From: Selaginella moellendorffii
Lineage: Eukaryota; Plantae; Lycopodiophyta
Direction of reading: 5' to 3'
Assembly (NCBI RefSeq): GCF_000143415.4
Contig: NW_003314303.1
Location: 780,613-844,612, forward strand
Length of the DNA stretch: 64,000 nucleotides
Position 1 is the first letter of the stretch; each line of letters starts with the position of its first letter. Of this stretch, positions 62,491-64,000 are shown piece by piece. A program made the position numbers and the translations under genes. Below the pieces are notes generated by a model. The model searched no databases. It was given only the letters and a program-made list of their open reading frames with translations, and had not been told where the DNA came from.

Positions 62491-64000
62491 TCACTGGACG
62501 CGAGTTTTGCGAGGTTTTATCACCGTGCCGATGGCTGTCAAAGCGATTGGAAGAAGCGTTCCAGCGAAATAGACGCTTTTGTACGCAGTGAATGTGTCCC
62601 TCGCGTCTAAAACCTGTTTAAAAACGAAGAAAAGGACTTTGCTAAGAAATCGAAGGCTTGATGAACAAACGTACCAGGAATCCAATGCAGGCATAGTTGA
62701 GAACCAGCAACGTGTAAGCGAAGTTTAGAAACCACGCTAGAGGCCGGAGGAAAGAGAGGTGGTCGGGTATGGCCTTTTGCCATCTATATAGCGCTGCAGA
62801 GAAAGGTTTTTAAGATTCTCATGACGAGAACACGAGAAAGAATGGATTACCTCTCGAGCCAGAGATGAGAACAGCGGTATGGACGAAGAACATGATATAC
62901 CCGGCATAGAGACCCTGGAGGAAAGCAAAAAGGATGAAACAAAGAATCGATGGATGAAATCACTCTACTTACATGCCACACAGCGCTGACAACTTGAGTT
63001 GCTAGCAGCTGCTGAAAGCCAGCCTTCTTCCCCGGTGGTACCAGCCTCTCGTAAACATCTAGCAGAGCTCACAGATTAGAACAAGCGCGAGCCAAGCGAG
63101 GGGAAAGGAAACCAAGTGTACAATGTCTTAACCAGGTGCTGATGTGAATGTTCCACTTGGACGGGACCTCGGCGGCGCTGCCTGCGAGCTCCACTCCCGG
63201 GATATCTACGTTGAGAGCTTGATCCCACCGCGGCCTGGGGGGCTGGGAGCTGGACCAGCCGCTAAACCCCAGGCCGGAGATGATGAGCGAGGCCTCCGAG
63301 ATGGACCATATGAAGTAGTACTTCCATCTCGCGGAGAAGCCACACAGCCACATGTAGAACCAGCGCGCCCAGAATTTCCACTGCATGAACTCCGGCTCGA
63401 GGATTCGCGTGAAGCGGACGCGAGGGATGAGCAGCATGTACATGCCCATGCAAAAGAGGGCCTTGAGTAGAACTCGGAGAGTGTCGCGGTATGGCGATGG
63501 AGCGTTTCCTTCGGAAAACTTCCATAGCTGGAAAGAAGAAATGGTTAGAGGGAGAACTTAAGAGGAAGGAAAGCTCTCACTCACCCCTTGTTCTTCGCTC
63601 CAGTCGATGTAGTCTTTCATCTCGTAGACCGGCCCAGCCAAGTGTGTTCCACAGCAAAAGCAGTAGCCGAGATACTCGAGCACTGAGGGACGTCGCACGA
63701 GCCGGTTGCGCTTTTGCGTTCTTCGCAGCTTCTCCTCCTCGAGAAGCCCATCCTGGTAGCACATTGCGCAGGAGACGAGCTTGAGCGTGAGGACCATCAA
63801 AGCTCCTGGAGAATTCACAGCACAAAGAGAGGAGAAAAAAAATTCGATCGAGTGATATGCCAGTGATAGCAAAACTTGGCTTACCAGTCGAATCGATGCC
63901 TCCCTCCTTCCACGCATCGCCACTCATGTAGTAGACGTGGCTGCGCCAGGAAAGATGAGCTACACGAAATACGAGGGAATTTCTTACCAGGAAATAAGGA
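62491..64000 (-). CDS. MBOAT lysophospholipid acyltransferase (LPCAT-like), 3' part
   Basis: GALMVLTLK, GTHLAGPVYE, RWKYYFIW, WNIHISTWLRH, SAVWHGLYAGY. Confidence 0.92.

Overview
Gene-dense plant nuclear DNA with short (~50-60 nt) introns and PLS-type PPR genes, most consistent with the lycophyte Selaginella (inference from gene style, no database match). About 22 intact or near-intact genes: GSTU, UGT, TRM, Tpt1, tRNase Z, epoxide hydrolase, DnaJ-type Zn finger, 2OGD, DUF662 golgin, TTC4, HMGB, DUF1336, FLDH-like, NAT, two S28 peptidases, RSL bHLH, nCBP, CHFR-like, TerC, EAPP, MUT9-like kinase and LPCAT. Pseudogenes: WEE1, PPR, GST, cupin, epoxide hydrolase, SRP54. Mobile elements: a 5S-containing Cassandra-like solo LTR, a defective hAT and a nested LTR/TRIM/Gypsy stack. 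There is also a ~4.5 kb inverted segmental duplication and three assembly gaps. The most notable candidate is a ~5 kb island (22.5-27.4 kb). It holds a spliced, AT-rich PD-(D/E)xK nuclease-like gene head-to-head with an intact gene for a homologous but catalytically degenerate nuclease fused to a pseudokinase, separated by a triplicated ~140-bp element. This resembles Crinkler/Spok-type nuclease-kinase conflict systems and may be a toxin/antidote pair (inference). All calls come from manual translation and motif recognition; exon boundaries are approximate unless stated.
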